Shown here: in pieces, positions 1 through 13,189 of the stretch
Position numbering within the stretch: position 1 is the stretch's first letter
Layout: the number at the start of each line of letters is the position of its first letter
NCBI RefSeq assembly: GCF_036321535.1
Contig: NC_087437.1
Location: 72,232,001 to 72,296,000 of the forward strand
From: Camelus dromedarius
Taxonomy: Eukaryota
Reading direction: 5' to 3'
Length of the DNA stretch: 64,000 nucleotides
Translations under genes and position numbers: made by a program
Notes under the pieces: model-generated
The model's input: only the letters and a program-made list of their open reading frames with translations
Database searches by the model: none
Told to the model about the DNA's origin: nothing

Positions 1-559
1 TGATCTCATTGGGAATGAATAATACAGGAGCCAAGAAATCTGGAATGTATTGCTGGTGACTTTGAAGTCCAGGCTACAAACTGAAGGCATTTGAAGCATT
101 TGGAAGAGAAAAAGGCTTTGGGGAAGTAAACCATTGGCCATAGGAGTGGTTTTAAAGTGTTTTAGACCATGCCTTTTCAGGCCAGAATGTCTGAGTGTTG
201 GCAAGAGATAAAGTGCAGCCCATGAGAAGAGGAAAACTGTGTTCGACAGAAGAATTCCTAACCTGTTCAAAGAGTTTAATCTGAAATATGAATGAGAGTG
301 AGGGAAAAAAGCATAGATAAAGCTCTAAAAGTTTGGCGATTAACTGATAGGACGTTGGGGAAAAAAATAACAAAATGCTCCAGTTATTCTAACGAGAAAA
401 TATCAGGAAAGAAAATCAATAAGCAAATTGATGTCCCTGCCTTACTATGTATCCTAATGCATAGAGAATGGGTACAAACTAATAGAACTTGACATTTAAC
501 ACAAGGTGGTAATGTGATTGCAGGAATATCACTGTGGTGACATAGAGGGATGGGGCTTA

Positions 560-1130
560 TGACCGTGAGGTGTACTGTGGAATGTGATAACCGTGACTGC
601 TCCAGCTGGTGCAGCCATGCTGGAGAGCAAAGCGACAGCTCTTAGGTTTACTCTATGTTTGTTGAGCACCAAGAAATTTGGATTTTGAGTATACATCTCA
701 GAGAGTCTTACACAGGTCCAGAAAGATTTATTGCAGCCATTTCAGTGGTGATAGGGAACTGGAGGTAATCAAGGTAGGGAACTGGAGGTAATCAAGGTGT
801 CCATGGAATTGGAGATAATCAGAATGTGGTGGATGAGTACCACGAAGCATCATGCAGCTGTTAGAAACAGCAGAGTGGAAGTAGATATGGATATCTTGTA
901 TAAAACTAAAAAAGATGGTATTAAGTGAAAAAAGAGAAATAGGATGGGATACATGACACAATATCAATTATGTATTCAAAGAATACATGCACAAGAAAAA
1001 AATCATACACATTTCAAAAGTACATGTACCAGCACACACACACAAATCCATTAAACATGTGAGAGTAAATGCCTATGTGGGGAGCTTGGGGTATGGTGAT
1101 TAAAAAAACTTGGACAGACTAATATGATAA
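560..1130 (+). mobile_element. Old LINE-1 (L1M-type) 3' fragment
   Basis: Degenerate L1 3' motifs (ctggtgcagccatgctggagagcaa; tttattgcagccatt; aatgtggtggatgagtaccac). Confidence 0.55.
752..797. repeat. Perfect 23-bp tandem duplication TAGGGAACTGGAGGTAATCAAGG x2
   Basis: Copies at 752-774 and 775-797, followed by a degenerate third copy. Confidence 0.95.
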
Positions 1131-1269
1131 TATGTCATGAACTAATGAGCTCAAATTCTAGGGAAGAGGAAGAAGAGAGAGGGAGAGAGGGCAGGCACCA
1201 TAATAGAAGGGAAGTGCCAGCATCTCTGCAGACCATGAAGGACTGAATGACACTTACAGAGAAACCCAC

Positions 1270-1560
1270 GTGTGAGTCTTTGTCTGTGACTGAATCTTGT
1301 CTGATACTTTATCAACAACCTGAATAAGGATGTAAAGGGAAGAATACTCATCACCTTTCTATGACACAAATCTGGGATAAGTTGTCACTCTTCTGGATAA
1401 TGAAAATCAGAGATAACATCTTGGGAGTAGCCAGAGAAATAGTAGCATCCAAGTTTAGGGCCTCTGTCTTCCTCTGGTGGTGATGTGTAAGATTCTTCTG
1501 TTGGAGAAAACGAATCTGGGGTCAGGATGCCAGCCTTCTGGAGAAAACAGGACTGCATCT
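1270..1560 (+). mobile_element. CR1/L3 LINE fragment (RT region)
   Basis: tttatcaacaacctgaataaggatgtaaaggg...atgacacaaatctggga resembles the L3 region encoding FINDL...FADDTKLG. Confidence 0.5.
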
Positions 1561-1724
1561 CTGGGTCTACGAGCTGTTATTGACTCAGTATTTGTCCACT
1601 GCGATGGAAGATGCTGGGAAGATTCCTCCATGGGATCTGAGATGCTTTGACACCTATAATTTTTTCTTCTTATGGAAAACATAAGGAATTAACATTATAT
1701 TATTATTGGCTATTGTTATTGATA

Positions 1725-1965
1725 GCAGCATTTATTGAACTCTTATTATGGGCCTGGTATCATTATAAGTTATTTGCTATCTATTTACTTCTTTTAATCC
1801 TCATCATGACCCTATGAAATAGGTACTACTATTAACTCACTTTATAGGTGAGGAAAGTAGAGGGAGGTTAATAAACTCATCCAACACCACGCAGTGATAG
1901 GAGGTAAAACCAAAACTTATACTCAAACTATCTAACTCTTAAATCCCTTCTTTAAACCGTTACAC
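1725..1965 (-). mobile_element. MIR SINE
   Basis: catttattgaac...tttaatcctcatcatgaccctatgaaataggtactactatt...ttataggtgaggaaa, reverse MIR core. Confidence 0.8.
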
Positions 1966-2048
1966 TATAGGTGTCTGAGAGTGGGGCTGCATATTACACC
2001 AAGGAGAGGGAACACATAACATTGGGAAGTTCCCTATTAAAAGGTCAC

Positions 2049-2136
2049 TTTTTAATGAAGGTACTGGGGATTAAAACCAGGACCCTGTGCATGTTAAGCA
2101 TGTGCTCTACCACTGGGCTATACCCACTACCCCCAC
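2049..2136 (-). mobile_element. tRNA-derived SINE, Vic-1-like, short form
   Basis: Reverse of gggtatagcccagtggtagagcacatgcttaacatgcacagggtcctggttttaatccccagtacc; flanking aaaggtc repeats. Confidence 0.85.
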
Positions 2137-4294
2137 CAAAGGTCTTTTTGACTTATAAACTCAGCTTGCTTGTTTTTTGTATCTCTGAAAGAGGAAAGAG
2201 ACACCTGCTCATGGTATTCCAAATTAGACAGGAGAGCAGTGATTGGATGGCATCGTGCTAAACAAGGTGCACCCTCTTTTGCTGTCCACCTCAGGCCACT
2301 GAGGATTAAGGCCAGACCAGGAACTCAGAGCCTTTGGAGAAATGAAGAAGCCTGTTTTCAGGCAGAGGGCAAGAAGCCATGTGAGTAATTGCTAGAGATG
2401 GCTTGGCAGTGCATTTGATGGGTAATAAAAACCACGTAAAATCTTACAGTTTTCCTCTCTTAGTACCTGGAATTTCCATTTCATCATAATCCGGAGTATG
2501 ATCTTGCCCAGAGAAGTAAGATATTCTTAATTTTGCCTTAAAATCCTGCTTCTTCATATCTCAGCTATACCACGTCTTCACTCAGTCAGGAAATATCCAT
2601 CCTTTAATATCTTTTTCCCCACCTGTTTTCTCTTTCCTTCCCTCCCCTCCCCTCCCTATTTCTCCTTCCCCCTCCTCTTCTTGCCTCTTTTACATGTGTT
2701 CAGTTGTACACTTATCTGACGTCCCCACTACATTTCAAGTTTGTCGAGGAAACGTATTATGGTTTTCTCGCCTTTCTCATCTGTCACTCGAAAATGTCGC
2801 CCAGTGTTTTGCATATAACATTTCATGATAAATCTTTGGTGACTTAATGTATGTCTGCATGTGTGTATTTATTAGCTGTGGTTGAGAATGAATTTTCTTT
2901 CTTACTCAAAACATCTATGGGAAAAGCATTGTCTCTGGCTATCAGCTGGTGTTATTTTATAACTCAGTCTGACCTTATTTTCCATTCCCTCCCTGGGAAA
3001 TGTAACTGAAGAGGTCTGTTGTGTCAGACTAGAACGGAGTCCTCCTGTCACTGCTCAGAGTATCTTATTTTCCCCTTTCCTTCTCATTTCCCATCCCTTT
3101 TCTCTTTCTTTATTTAGTATACTCTTCCAATAGTTTTTTTTTCCCAAAGAAATAAAAACTTTTGATAAAAGGAATAAAATATAATCATTAATTTTAGGAA
3201 GATACAGGCTATCAATAACTTTAATAAGAGCTAGGACTTTATATGAATTCATTAGATAGATTATTTTTCTTCAGCCCAGTGACTGGATTTGATTGATTTT
3301 TATTGGCATAAAGATGTAATGTGACCATCTTTTACTTAGGGCAGGGGGTGGGTAGGGTGGAGCTAAGTTTGGTTAGGGAGTTAGACTTGGCTTCTGAGTT
3401 TGGTTTGGTGCCAGTTGGTAGAAACTTAAGAGTTTTTAGTTCTTTTTTAATATGATTACATCGTAAGGAGAAAAATGTCCAAACTAGGCAGCTGAGAAAT
3501 AATTTCCCTCCAACCATGTAATAAAAAACCCAAGAAGCATTTTGACTTCATTTGAGTGTCATAAATTAAGGGAAAATTAAGGCATATTTAAAGGTTTTTC
3601 ATGCACCAATAGGAGCAGTTTAGATGATCCTTACAAGAGGTATGCATTCTTTCCCTGTAGAGCGTGTATGAACTAACTTGCTTTGCAGTACAAAAATACT
3701 AGTGCTTCAGGTGAGATTCTAGACAATGCTGTTTGTTAACCAACTTTGCAACATGTCTTCACACTAAGCCAAGATATTATTTGAAACTGTTAGTAGTAAA
3801 TGAATGACAGCCTTCCCCTACCACCTCTCCTTGTGTCTGAAGCTCCAAAATTTGTGACGTTTTCTTTGAACTCCTGGCCATAAATATTGCAGATGTTCAT
3901 CTTTCTGGAATATAATTAGGGCTGGATGGCTTCATGGAACATTCCTATCATCTCAGCCTCATTCCCGCCTTGCATGTGCTCAACTTTCTCATGGGTCTCT
4001 GCAAAATGTTGATTGCTTTTTTGGTGTTACCTGATGAATCCACCTAGGAAATATGGCATCTATTACCTTATTGAATAAGCTTTTTATTCTGGAAGGCCTA
4101 TATAGGGTGACAAGATTTGCCATGAAAATAAATTGTGGTAAGTGTGTGTTTGTGTCTCCAATATGGTCTAGAATGTTTTACAAATCTATTCAAGTTTCTC
4201 TGAAGCTTTTGGTGTGTTTTCTGGACTCTAGACTCTAAGGCCTCAGGCAGACTCCACATTGCTCATCTGGTCTTCCCAGACCTCCTCTTCTTCC

Positions 4295-4485
4295 TGGGCA
4301 CAACCTTAGCATTGACATTTTAGGTCAGATAATTCTGTATCTTGTAGGATTTTAGAAGTATCTCTGGCTTCTGCCCACTAAATGCCAATAGGATGGATCT
4401 CTCCTGGTTGACAACTAAAAGTGTCTCTAGACATTGTCAGATGTTGCTCGGGGAACAAAATTAGTCCCCTGGTTGACAACCACTG
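4295..4485. mobile_element. MER20-like hAT DNA transposon remnant
   Basis: attgacattttaggtcagataattct...gacaactaaaagtgtctctagacattgtcagatg...cccctggttgacaaccactg. Confidence 0.8.
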
Positions 4486-6149
4486 CTCTTTTCCAAGAGA
4501 AGGACGATGACATTTAGGAGAGAGAATCCCAAAGAGAAAGGCCAGGAGTTCATTTCACCAGGAGAACTTGTGTTGGATGAGCCTACCAACCAAAATCTTG
4601 AAGAGGCTGGCTTTGTTTTAAGCAGTGTTCCCAGGTTATGTAGTTGTAACATAGACATGAATACTCTTTCTAATAATAATAACAAGAATGAACATTTAGT
4701 GGCTGTCAAGAAGCAGCAGGAAAGAGAAGGTGTAAGTAACTCTTATTTAAAAAGCTGAAGAATAGTTACAGAATTAGAGAGCAGCAAAACAGAAGCAACA
4801 AAACCACCAATGCAGTAACAACAAAAGTTGAACAATAGGGTGTGAAAAAAAGCCAAGGGTCTGTTTTCCTTTGGCACCTATGTTGTTGTCTATTCTTACT
4901 GCTGATGTCTTAGTGAGACCTCCATAGGTCAGAGAACTGGCACGGAGTGAGGAATGGGCACCGAAGAAACCCTTTGAAGCATGTTGAGTTGCTGCTGCTA
5001 AAGGGTAAATTGCTTGCCTACTGTGGGCAGGAGCACACAAAGCCTGTGTGTGCAAAGCAAATGCTGACTTTTTGTGGGTCTGAAAGCTGCCAGGAACAAA
5101 TTCTTTCATCCTTTTGTACTAGGCCACTTGCCAATGCCAACAAGAAATTTTAGTTCTTAAAAAAAAAAAAAAAACACCTATTTCAGGTTGGCCTTTTAAT
5201 CTTCAACCACCATCTGCAGGACTTAAAAACATACTTCCACATTGAGACTTCTCCTCTTCAAAGCTGAAGGCTTTGAAACTCAAAGCTAGTAATGTCCCCT
5301 TTAATGGAAAATCCCTGGTAAGAACAGTTTAGGACAACCAAGTGATAAGTTGGCCATCAACGCACTGCCTGACCCCACATATCTAGGTGCATTGGTTTTA
5401 TTTACTTGGGACCATTTGTTTTATTTACCTGAAACACAAACCTAATCCGTTTAATTTACAATGTGTTTTGACAGAAACAAGTGGAGAACGCTGGATTTTA
5501 CTGATGCTTAGAAGGCAGATTACACCCTTAAGTCCAACTATGTCAGGAAACATAGCATACCAGCTCTGTTCCCACCAAGCTTGTGAAGGAAGAAGACCCT
5601 GGAGGTAGAGGGAGAAGGCCATCAGGGGAAAAGAGGGTGGAGGACAGTAAGTACATAAACATGAGTGACTGCTTATTGAGCGTGATCTTTGCATCCTACC
5701 TGGAATGAGTCACAAGTCCTGGCAAAACCTGAGAGAAGCTTTTATGTTTCAACTTGGTGGGTTCAGCTTGCTAGAATTACTGGCTTGTCCAGTCCTCGGA
5801 GAAAGAGGCACGCAGAATTCACATGCCCTGGACTTGGCCCTCACCACAGTCTCATGCCCATCCTGGCTCCTAGTTGTGACCTTCTGGGACATCAGGCTAC
5901 TCCTGGCTCCTGTTTTCCAGCTGAGCTCTTGCTTTAAGCATTAGTCTTGACCAGCCCTATTACCACCACCAACTTCACCTACATAACACTCTTTCCTCTG
6001 TCTCAAGAACTTCTGTGATGGAAGAGGCAGGGTTGAGAGTAGATGATGCAGCGAGAAACTCATAACTTTATTCATTCCACAAATATTTATTATCTACCCT
6101 GTGCCAGGAGCTAGGACTTCAGTGGTTCATGAGGTAGTCACCAGCTGAG

Positions 6150-6390
6150 CTTAATACTACATGTAGCTAATATCTCTGAGCCTTCACTTCACGCCAGGCA
6201 CTGTGTAAAAATCTTCATCCTATGAAGTACCCACTGCAGCCCTGTAAGGATTAAATGTGTCAGTTGTATTTTGTAAGTTGAAACTCAAGAAATTGAGAAA
6301 CTGTTCATAGTGCCAGTAATGGGTGAAACTAGGATTTTACCCAAGCTCTAACTCCTGTCCCAGTGTTCTTAATTTCTGTGCTGCATTCTG
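6150..6390 (-). mobile_element. MIR SINE (degenerate)
   Basis: gccaggcactgtg...gaaactcaaga...gaaactaggattttacccaag. Confidence 0.55.
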
Positions 6391-6646
6391 CTAGATCCTT
6401 GTACACTGCCACACTTAAATGTTTGCAGAAGTGGACTGTTTGTTCAGGGAAGTGCTGCAGGGTTAGCCTTGTGAGCGAAGAGAAGGTGGTGACATAGGTG
6501 ATGATAATATGATGAATTACACAAGGCCTGAAATTTTGCTTTGAGATTTACTATGGGAGGTGACTGACTAGTCTCTTTTCAGTACTTTTTCAAAGAGTAC
6601 ATAACTCTGGAGTATGGAAGGAGGTTCACATTCAGGCCTGAACATC

Positions 6647-6773
6647 TTTTTTGGGGGTGTGGGGTGAGGTGGTAATTAGGTTTATTTATTTATTTTTAGA
6701 GGTACTGGGAATTGAACCCAGGACCACTTGCATGCTAAGCATGTGCTCTCCATTTGAGCTATACCCTCCCCCC
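6647..6773 (-). mobile_element. Vic-1-like SINE, long form
   Basis: ggtaattaggtttatttatt...gaggtactgggaattgaacccaggacc...gagctataccctcccc; flanking aacatctt duplication. Confidence 0.9.
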
Positions 6774-7859
6774 TTTAACATCTTAATAAGAATTAGTTTC
6801 ATCTAGTCTTTTCTTCCTCCCTGGAGATAATGAACATCCTAAGAGAAGGGGCTTTTGATGAGTGTTTAGAATGCTTTGAGGGCCATTGCCATTGAATGCA
6901 TTGCCATTTGAACCCAGGGGCTGGTTCTACGACTGTTAGATGGGTGTTTTACTTGAAACCAGCTAAATTCTTGTGGGATCTCACGTTTGGCAAGGTATTT
7001 ATCTCAGATCATAGCATATCCCCTGGGTGTTACTCAGCATTTCTGGGAAACTCTCCACCCATCTGAGTTTGCAGTAATCTCCTTGTTTGGCTGAATTGCA
7101 AATCAAAACAACGTCACTCTCCCTGGTCCAATAAGTTTTTCTTAGCATGGTGGAATCAGTCCCTATGGATGTCACACAGGGGATTTGAAGCACCTCAGTT
7201 ATAGTCATCCAGGCTACACTAGGGACTGTGAAATGGAGCCTGCTTTCTCCCCATGTTGGGAATTCTCTGCTGTCAAGGGAAAGGCACATCCCAGTAAAGC
7301 CAAGACATGGACTATTGGCTACAAAGACATGGCCATTTTATTGCCCAGGTCTGCAAAAATAGGCACAGTCTCTTCTGGGACAGTGCCCTTGTAATTCATC
7401 TATTGTCTAAACTCCAAAGCCCTAGGAGTTCTGTTTGGTTTGTGGCTCAGCACTGACACAGTTGCTGTCAATCTCCTGGCAGACATAACTCCGTCTGGTT
7501 GGCAGGACATAGCCCATCTTCACTGGGAAACAGGATAATTTCATTTCTTGAGCCACTGAAGCTCCATTAAGAGAAGGAAAATGTTAATTTCAGACCTATA
7601 CGTTGCTTTCTTTCCCGAGCAGACCAAGCATAGAAAAGGAGAGGCACCTTAGTGAGAGAAACCATTTGCTGCGAGACTGAGAACCATCTGCTTCTTTTCA
7701 TCCATAAAGAAGCAGGTGGCAGAAAGAATTAAATGAAGTCCAGGTGCTAAAAGGATTAAGAATTCTTCAAAGAAATAAATTCTAAGTCTGACAATCTTGT
7801 AGTCTATTCAAAAAGTGTTATACTTATCAATGAATTAGCCTTTTTGAAGGTCAGTATAG

Positions 7860-8100
7860 TAATAACTGAATTTACAGTGTTTACTCTATGCCAGGCACTA
7901 GTCTAAGTGCTCTTTTAAAAACATATATTAAGTTTTTAAATTCTTACAGCAGCCCTATAAAGTGGGTACTATTTTCATTCCCATTTAAAAAATGAGGCCA
8001 CTAAGGCATAGAGAGGGTCAGTAACTTGCCCAAGTTTTCACAGTGAGCAAGGGCAAAGTAAGGAGTTAAATTCAGGCAGTCTAGCTCCAGAGGCTAAAGA
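7860..8100 (-). mobile_element. MIR SINE
   Basis: tactctatgccaggcactagtctaagtgct...cccattt...aatgagg...taaggcatagagagg...taacttgcccaag...ctccagag. Confidence 0.85.
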
Positions 8101-10914
8101 TACTCCAAACACTTTCACTGGGGGAAAAAAAAAGGAGAATTTAAAGGCAGGTAAAGTAGCATGAGTCATTTGTTTCCTTTGAACTCAATGGCCACGCTTT
8201 GTATTTGAGTGACAAGAACTAAGCCACAGTGTTCCAAACAGGATTAATACTCTGTGGCGCTGGAATCCAGTTCTCTTTCCCTTCATCCTTACTCCTCTCT
8301 CCCTGACCTGGCAGGCTACTCCATGTGCCAAATGGTATCTGTGGGCTGATTATGTTTGAAATGATGCTGGGGAATGTGGCATATGTCCACTTGTAAGAGA
8401 AGTCATCACAGAGTGGAGCCCTCAGTCAGGGTTTCTGGGTGGGTTGGATCAAGTCACTTTCCTTTCAAATCTGTTACAGGAACCCACACATGGACTCTGG
8501 TTAGACAGTATGTCATTTTCCAGAACTCAGCACGTGATTGCCAAATTTCTATTCAAAGGTAACATTTTACGAAACGCCAGATGTTCTTTGGTGTCTGTCT
8601 GACTAAAGTTAAATATAAAAACAGCCATGGATCCATAAAAATAGAACAATAATCTCCCCAGGAAAGTTTTCTGTCTCTGAGATCACTGACTAATAACTAA
8701 GTTGACCAGTTCAACAGGATGATAGTGTTGCAGAGTGAAGATAATCAGCTGTAATGGAAAGAGATGCTAGCTAGCTGAGCTCATCCAGGTTACAAAATAA
8801 ATCTTTGTTATTAATGTGTTTTATTTTGTGTTTCACTCTGTGACTCTGTTTTTCCTACTGACTCGTTAATAGTTCCTGTTTTATATTCATGACTTAATAC
8901 TTTACATCATACCTTCAAGGTGCTTACTTCCAGTTCTTGGATCTCCAAGTCTGAGAGCTTGGACAGATGTTAGGACCACCTGGGCAATCATTTTGTTTTG
9001 TGAATGAAAAGGCTGAGACCCAATCAGATTAAGGGATGTCTCAAGAGTGTGTAGTGAGTGAGATGATGGGAAATAAGGCCTCACAGTTCTCATGGTGGCT
9101 AGCGTTCAGCTTCCTCCAACCAAACTGGTGATAGGGCAGGGACAGAGGAGGGCAGGAGCTATTATCCCTTCTCCAGCCTTGCTGGTAGATTATCCTTCTG
9201 TTACAAACACTAGGAGCCATAATGATGACTTTGGAAGTAGAAGGGTGAGGCAGAGGTGGTGTGTGGGTCTACTCATTATAAAGTGACTACCTCCAGATGC
9301 TGTCTGCCTCCTCATGGTTTTCAGTCCTTAACTTCAGTTCATTTTTCACCTGATGCTTTTAGCCATTGGAATATCTGCCCTGTGTCCTCCTCAAGGACAG
9401 GAGATAGTTTAAGGGCTTCAAGGACAAGTCCTTCACATTCTTGGGCACAGGCAAAATTTTTATTTTTCTTCACCATTTTTGTTATGAACAGCTTATTTTT
9501 ACTTAGAAGCAGTTAAGGGGTCTAAATGGCATCTATAATTGCTTATATTCTGTAATTATCGTGTCCTGTGTAGGATATAATCACAATGTGTATGTGTATA
9601 TTTATTCATATTTATGTATACATTGCTGAATCTAGGAGATGAGTTTCTGAACCTAGGAAGGAAGAAAGGTGCATTTTATTTTTACGTCTCTGATTTTGAA
9701 CTAGAGTTGGTGAATCAAATGTTGATTGTAAAAGTTGAATTTAAAAATATACCACAGTCCATATGTGGAGATTTGTGTTTCTTTGAAATCCTGTTTTCTT
9801 TTTACAATTCATTCTTATACATATCTTGTAACTAGATACTAATTTCCCTAACTTGATATTTAATATGAAGCTAAACGTTTAAGGAAAGAATCTATGTTCT
9901 TTGTTCACTGAATCAGGGAGATACCATGGGTCAAACATGTTCACCACTAAGTCATCCCCCTTTGCTCAGTGGCAACTGATAAAGGAACACAACAAAATAA
10001 AAATGACATCTTTTTATTTGTGGCAAATATCACAAGATCCTTATTAGCTGGGTTTAATTTTCACGTTTCTAGTGATGAAAACAAAACCTGTAATGGTTTC
10101 TTCAATCTGATCAAGATTGTGCAGCACGATGCCAAAGGAGGAATCTGCAGGCTATTTATTCTAGGTACTAATGTGTTCTGTTTCCCTGGTTCACTTCCTT
10201 TCTATTTGCAGAACTCAGTTTGACCTCTTCACTGGCTTAGGTATTTCCTCAGATAAATAACCCCGAAGTGGACTCTGAATCAGACTCACCTCAGAGTATT
10301 TGAGTAGACTGTTGTGTGAACTCCTGTAGCTATTCCTAGGGCTGTGAAGGAGAAGGAAAAATACCCTGAAACATCCTAATGGGTTGACAGAGGCCAGGAA
10401 ATATGGTCCTGTTATGAAGGGGAATTTTACTGAGACTTCTGAGGGAAGGGAATGTTTTATTGTTCTAATTTCAACACAGTCAGTGAGGGGGATGTTGGTT
10501 GAAGGCCAGATAAGGAAATGAAACCTGTAATGAAAAAAACTCATCATCGGAAACCCAGCCACATCTATCCTAACGCTCATTTGAATGTTGCAAAACAGCT
10601 CTTACAAAGTAACCTGATAAGTTTAACATCACATTCACCTACTCCACCAATGTGCCTAGGACTGGAATGCCTTTCAGCTCCACCAACCAGAGAAATAAGG
10701 GCATTCCTAACTTTATTCTAACCAAGGGATTTGTGATCAGAGCCAGAAAGAAACCCAGGTGGGAAAGCTGAGCTCAGCCCTCACTGGCTGCACACTGCTT
10801 GCAGAAGCCAACTTAGCTTCTAAAGAAACTCCCACCCGTCAAGAGCAAAACTTGACAAAGGCCAGAAGGTTATCTCAGCAGCCTTCACTTGACTTGCCTT
10901 GGAGAGTGTACCTA

Positions 10915-12900
10915 GGTCAATACCGGAAATATGTTCTCTGACCACGATGGAATAAAATTGGAACTCAGTAAGAGTAAGAAATTTGGGAAATTCATAAATA
11001 TGTGGAAGTTAAACAACACATTAGTAAATAACCAATGGGTCAAAAACTACCAAAACTGACTCAAGAAAAACAGAAAATATGAACAGCTCTATAACAAGAG
11101 ACTGAGTCAGTAATTTAAAACCTCTTAACAAAGAAAAACTCAAGATGAGATGGGTTCATGGTGAATTCTACCAAATATTAAAAGAAAAATAAATACAAAT
11201 CCTTCTCAAACTCTTCTAAAAAACAGAAGAGAAGGGAATACTTCTGAACTCATTCTATGAGACAAACATTACCCTGATACCAAAATCAAAGACTGTATTA
11301 AAAAAAAACAACTATAGAACAATATCCCTCATACTATATATATGCAAATATAGATGCAAAATTCTAAATAAAATTTTAGCAATATGAATCCAAAATACAT
11401 AAAAGGTATAATATAATACAACAAAGTTGTGTTTATCCCAGCCAGCAGTGCTGGCTTAACATTCTAACATAATTAACTATATTAACAAACTAAAAAAGAA
11501 AAATAAACCATGCTGTAACAATTGGATATCTTTATGCAAAATAAAACGAGAGAAGTTTGACCTGTATCTCACATCAGACAAAATTTAACTTAAGATGGGT
11601 CATAGACCTAAGTGTAAAACCAAAACTATAAAACTTCCATATAATAAAACTTATAATAAAATCTCTAGTATCTTGGTTTAGGCAAAAATTTCTTCTATCC
11701 AACACCAAAACAACTATCCATAAAAGAAAAAAAAGATAAATTTGAGGTAATGAAAAATTTTAAATTTCTACTCTTTGAAAAACACTGTTAAGAGAATGAA
11801 AGTTCAAGTCAAAGACAGGGTGAAATAATTGCAAAGCATATATTTTAAAAAGGACTTATATCCAGAATTTATAAATAATTCTCAAAAATCAATAATATGG
11901 AAGTTAACTACCCCATTTTTGGAAATGGGCAAAATATTTGAACAGATACTTCATCAAAAAAGATAGATGACAGAAAATAAATGACAAGTTATGTGCAGTC
12001 GAACTGTAATAATTCTACCTAATAAAACTGAAAAAGGGGGGGGGGGAGAATAAACCAAAATTGAGAGTTGAAAAAAAAGAAGGTAAATGACAAGATGCCA
12101 ACATTGTTACTCATAAGGGAAACACAAAATCACAATGAGATAACACTACACACTTACCAGAATGACTCAAAGGAAAAAGACTGACCATATACAGCTCTGA
12201 TGAGGATGTGAAGGAACTTCTGGGGGGAATGTAAAAATGATGCAACTACTTTGGAAAACAGTTTGGCAATTTCTTAAGAAGTTAACAATATATTTAACTA
12301 TGATCTAGCCAATTTTTCTGTTAGGTATTTACATAAGAGAAACAAAACAAAAACCACATCCACACAAAGACTTGCATACACATACTCATAGCAGCTATTT
12401 TTGTAGTAGCCCAAACCTAGAAACAACCCAAATATCTATCCACAGGTGAACAGATAAAAGTACGGTACACGATGGAATACTGCTTACTCAGCAGTAGAAA
12501 GGAACGAACTATTGATACATGCAGCAACATGGAAGATGTTAAAATATCCACTCTGAGTGAAAGAAAAGAGCACATACTGTATGATTCTATTTATATAAAA
12601 TTCTAGAAAATGCAAACTAATCTACAGTGACAGGAAGCAAATCAATTGCTGGTAACAGGAAGTGGAGGGGAGTGTGGAGGACTAGAAGGAGGGACTACCA
12701 AGGACCACAAGGAAGCTTTTTTGGGTGATGTATATATTCACTTTCTTGATTTAATGGTATATGTAACCTCAAATATATACATACATATGTAACCTCAAAT
12801 ATATACATACATATACTCAAAATTTATCAAATTGTATACTTTAAATATGTACAGTTTATTTTATGTCAATTACACTTTAAATTTTTTTAAATGGCAGAAT
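10915..12900 (+). mobile_element. Degenerate LINE-1: discontinuous ORF2 pieces plus 3' UTR
   Basis: A-rich; recognisable ORF2 segments (FSDHDGIKLE..., WKLNNTL.NNQWVK; DGFMGEFYQ-like; NSFYE.NITLIPK), then 3' motifs (caactactttggaaaacagtttggca; caaattgtatactttaaatatgtacagtttatt). Confidence 0.9.
12759..12810. repeat. Perfect 26-bp tandem duplication ATATGTAACCTCAAATATATACATAC x2
   Basis: Copies at 12759-12784 and 12785-12810. Confidence 0.95.
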
Positions 12901-12932
12901 TATGAATATAGATTGAAATTTAAAAAAAATAA

Positions 12933-13144
12933 GGGGGAAGGGTATAGCTCAGTGGCAGAGTGCATGCTCAGCATGTACGAGATCCTGCGTTCAACCCCTA
13001 GTACCTCCACTAAAATAAATAAATAAATAAATAAATAAATAAGCAATAAATAACCCTAGTTACCTCCCCTTCAAAAACAAAACAAAACAAAACAAACAAA
13101 CAAATCAAAACAAAACAAAACAAATTCAGTGATCAAAAAAAAAA
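12933..13144 (+). mobile_element. Vic-1-like SINE, long form with (TAAA)n and (CAAAA)n tails
   Basis: gggtatagctcagtggcagagtgcatgctcagcatg...gttcaacccctagtacctcc; A-box and B-box present. Confidence 0.9.
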
Positions 13145-13189
13145 TGTTTTGCTATTGTGGCTAAATTTCCAATTCCTCCCAGCAGTGAG

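Noticed and set aside
11913..11922. Additional CArG matches (11913 in the L1; 62802 CC-T6-GG)
   Set aside because: Several are expected by chance in 64 kb; these lie in a repeat or homopolymer with no supporting motifs.
12933..13010. tRNA gene-like sequence with A and B boxes (also at the eight other copies)
   Set aside because: Dispersed diverged copies with A-rich tails and TSDs indicate SINEs, not functional tRNAs.
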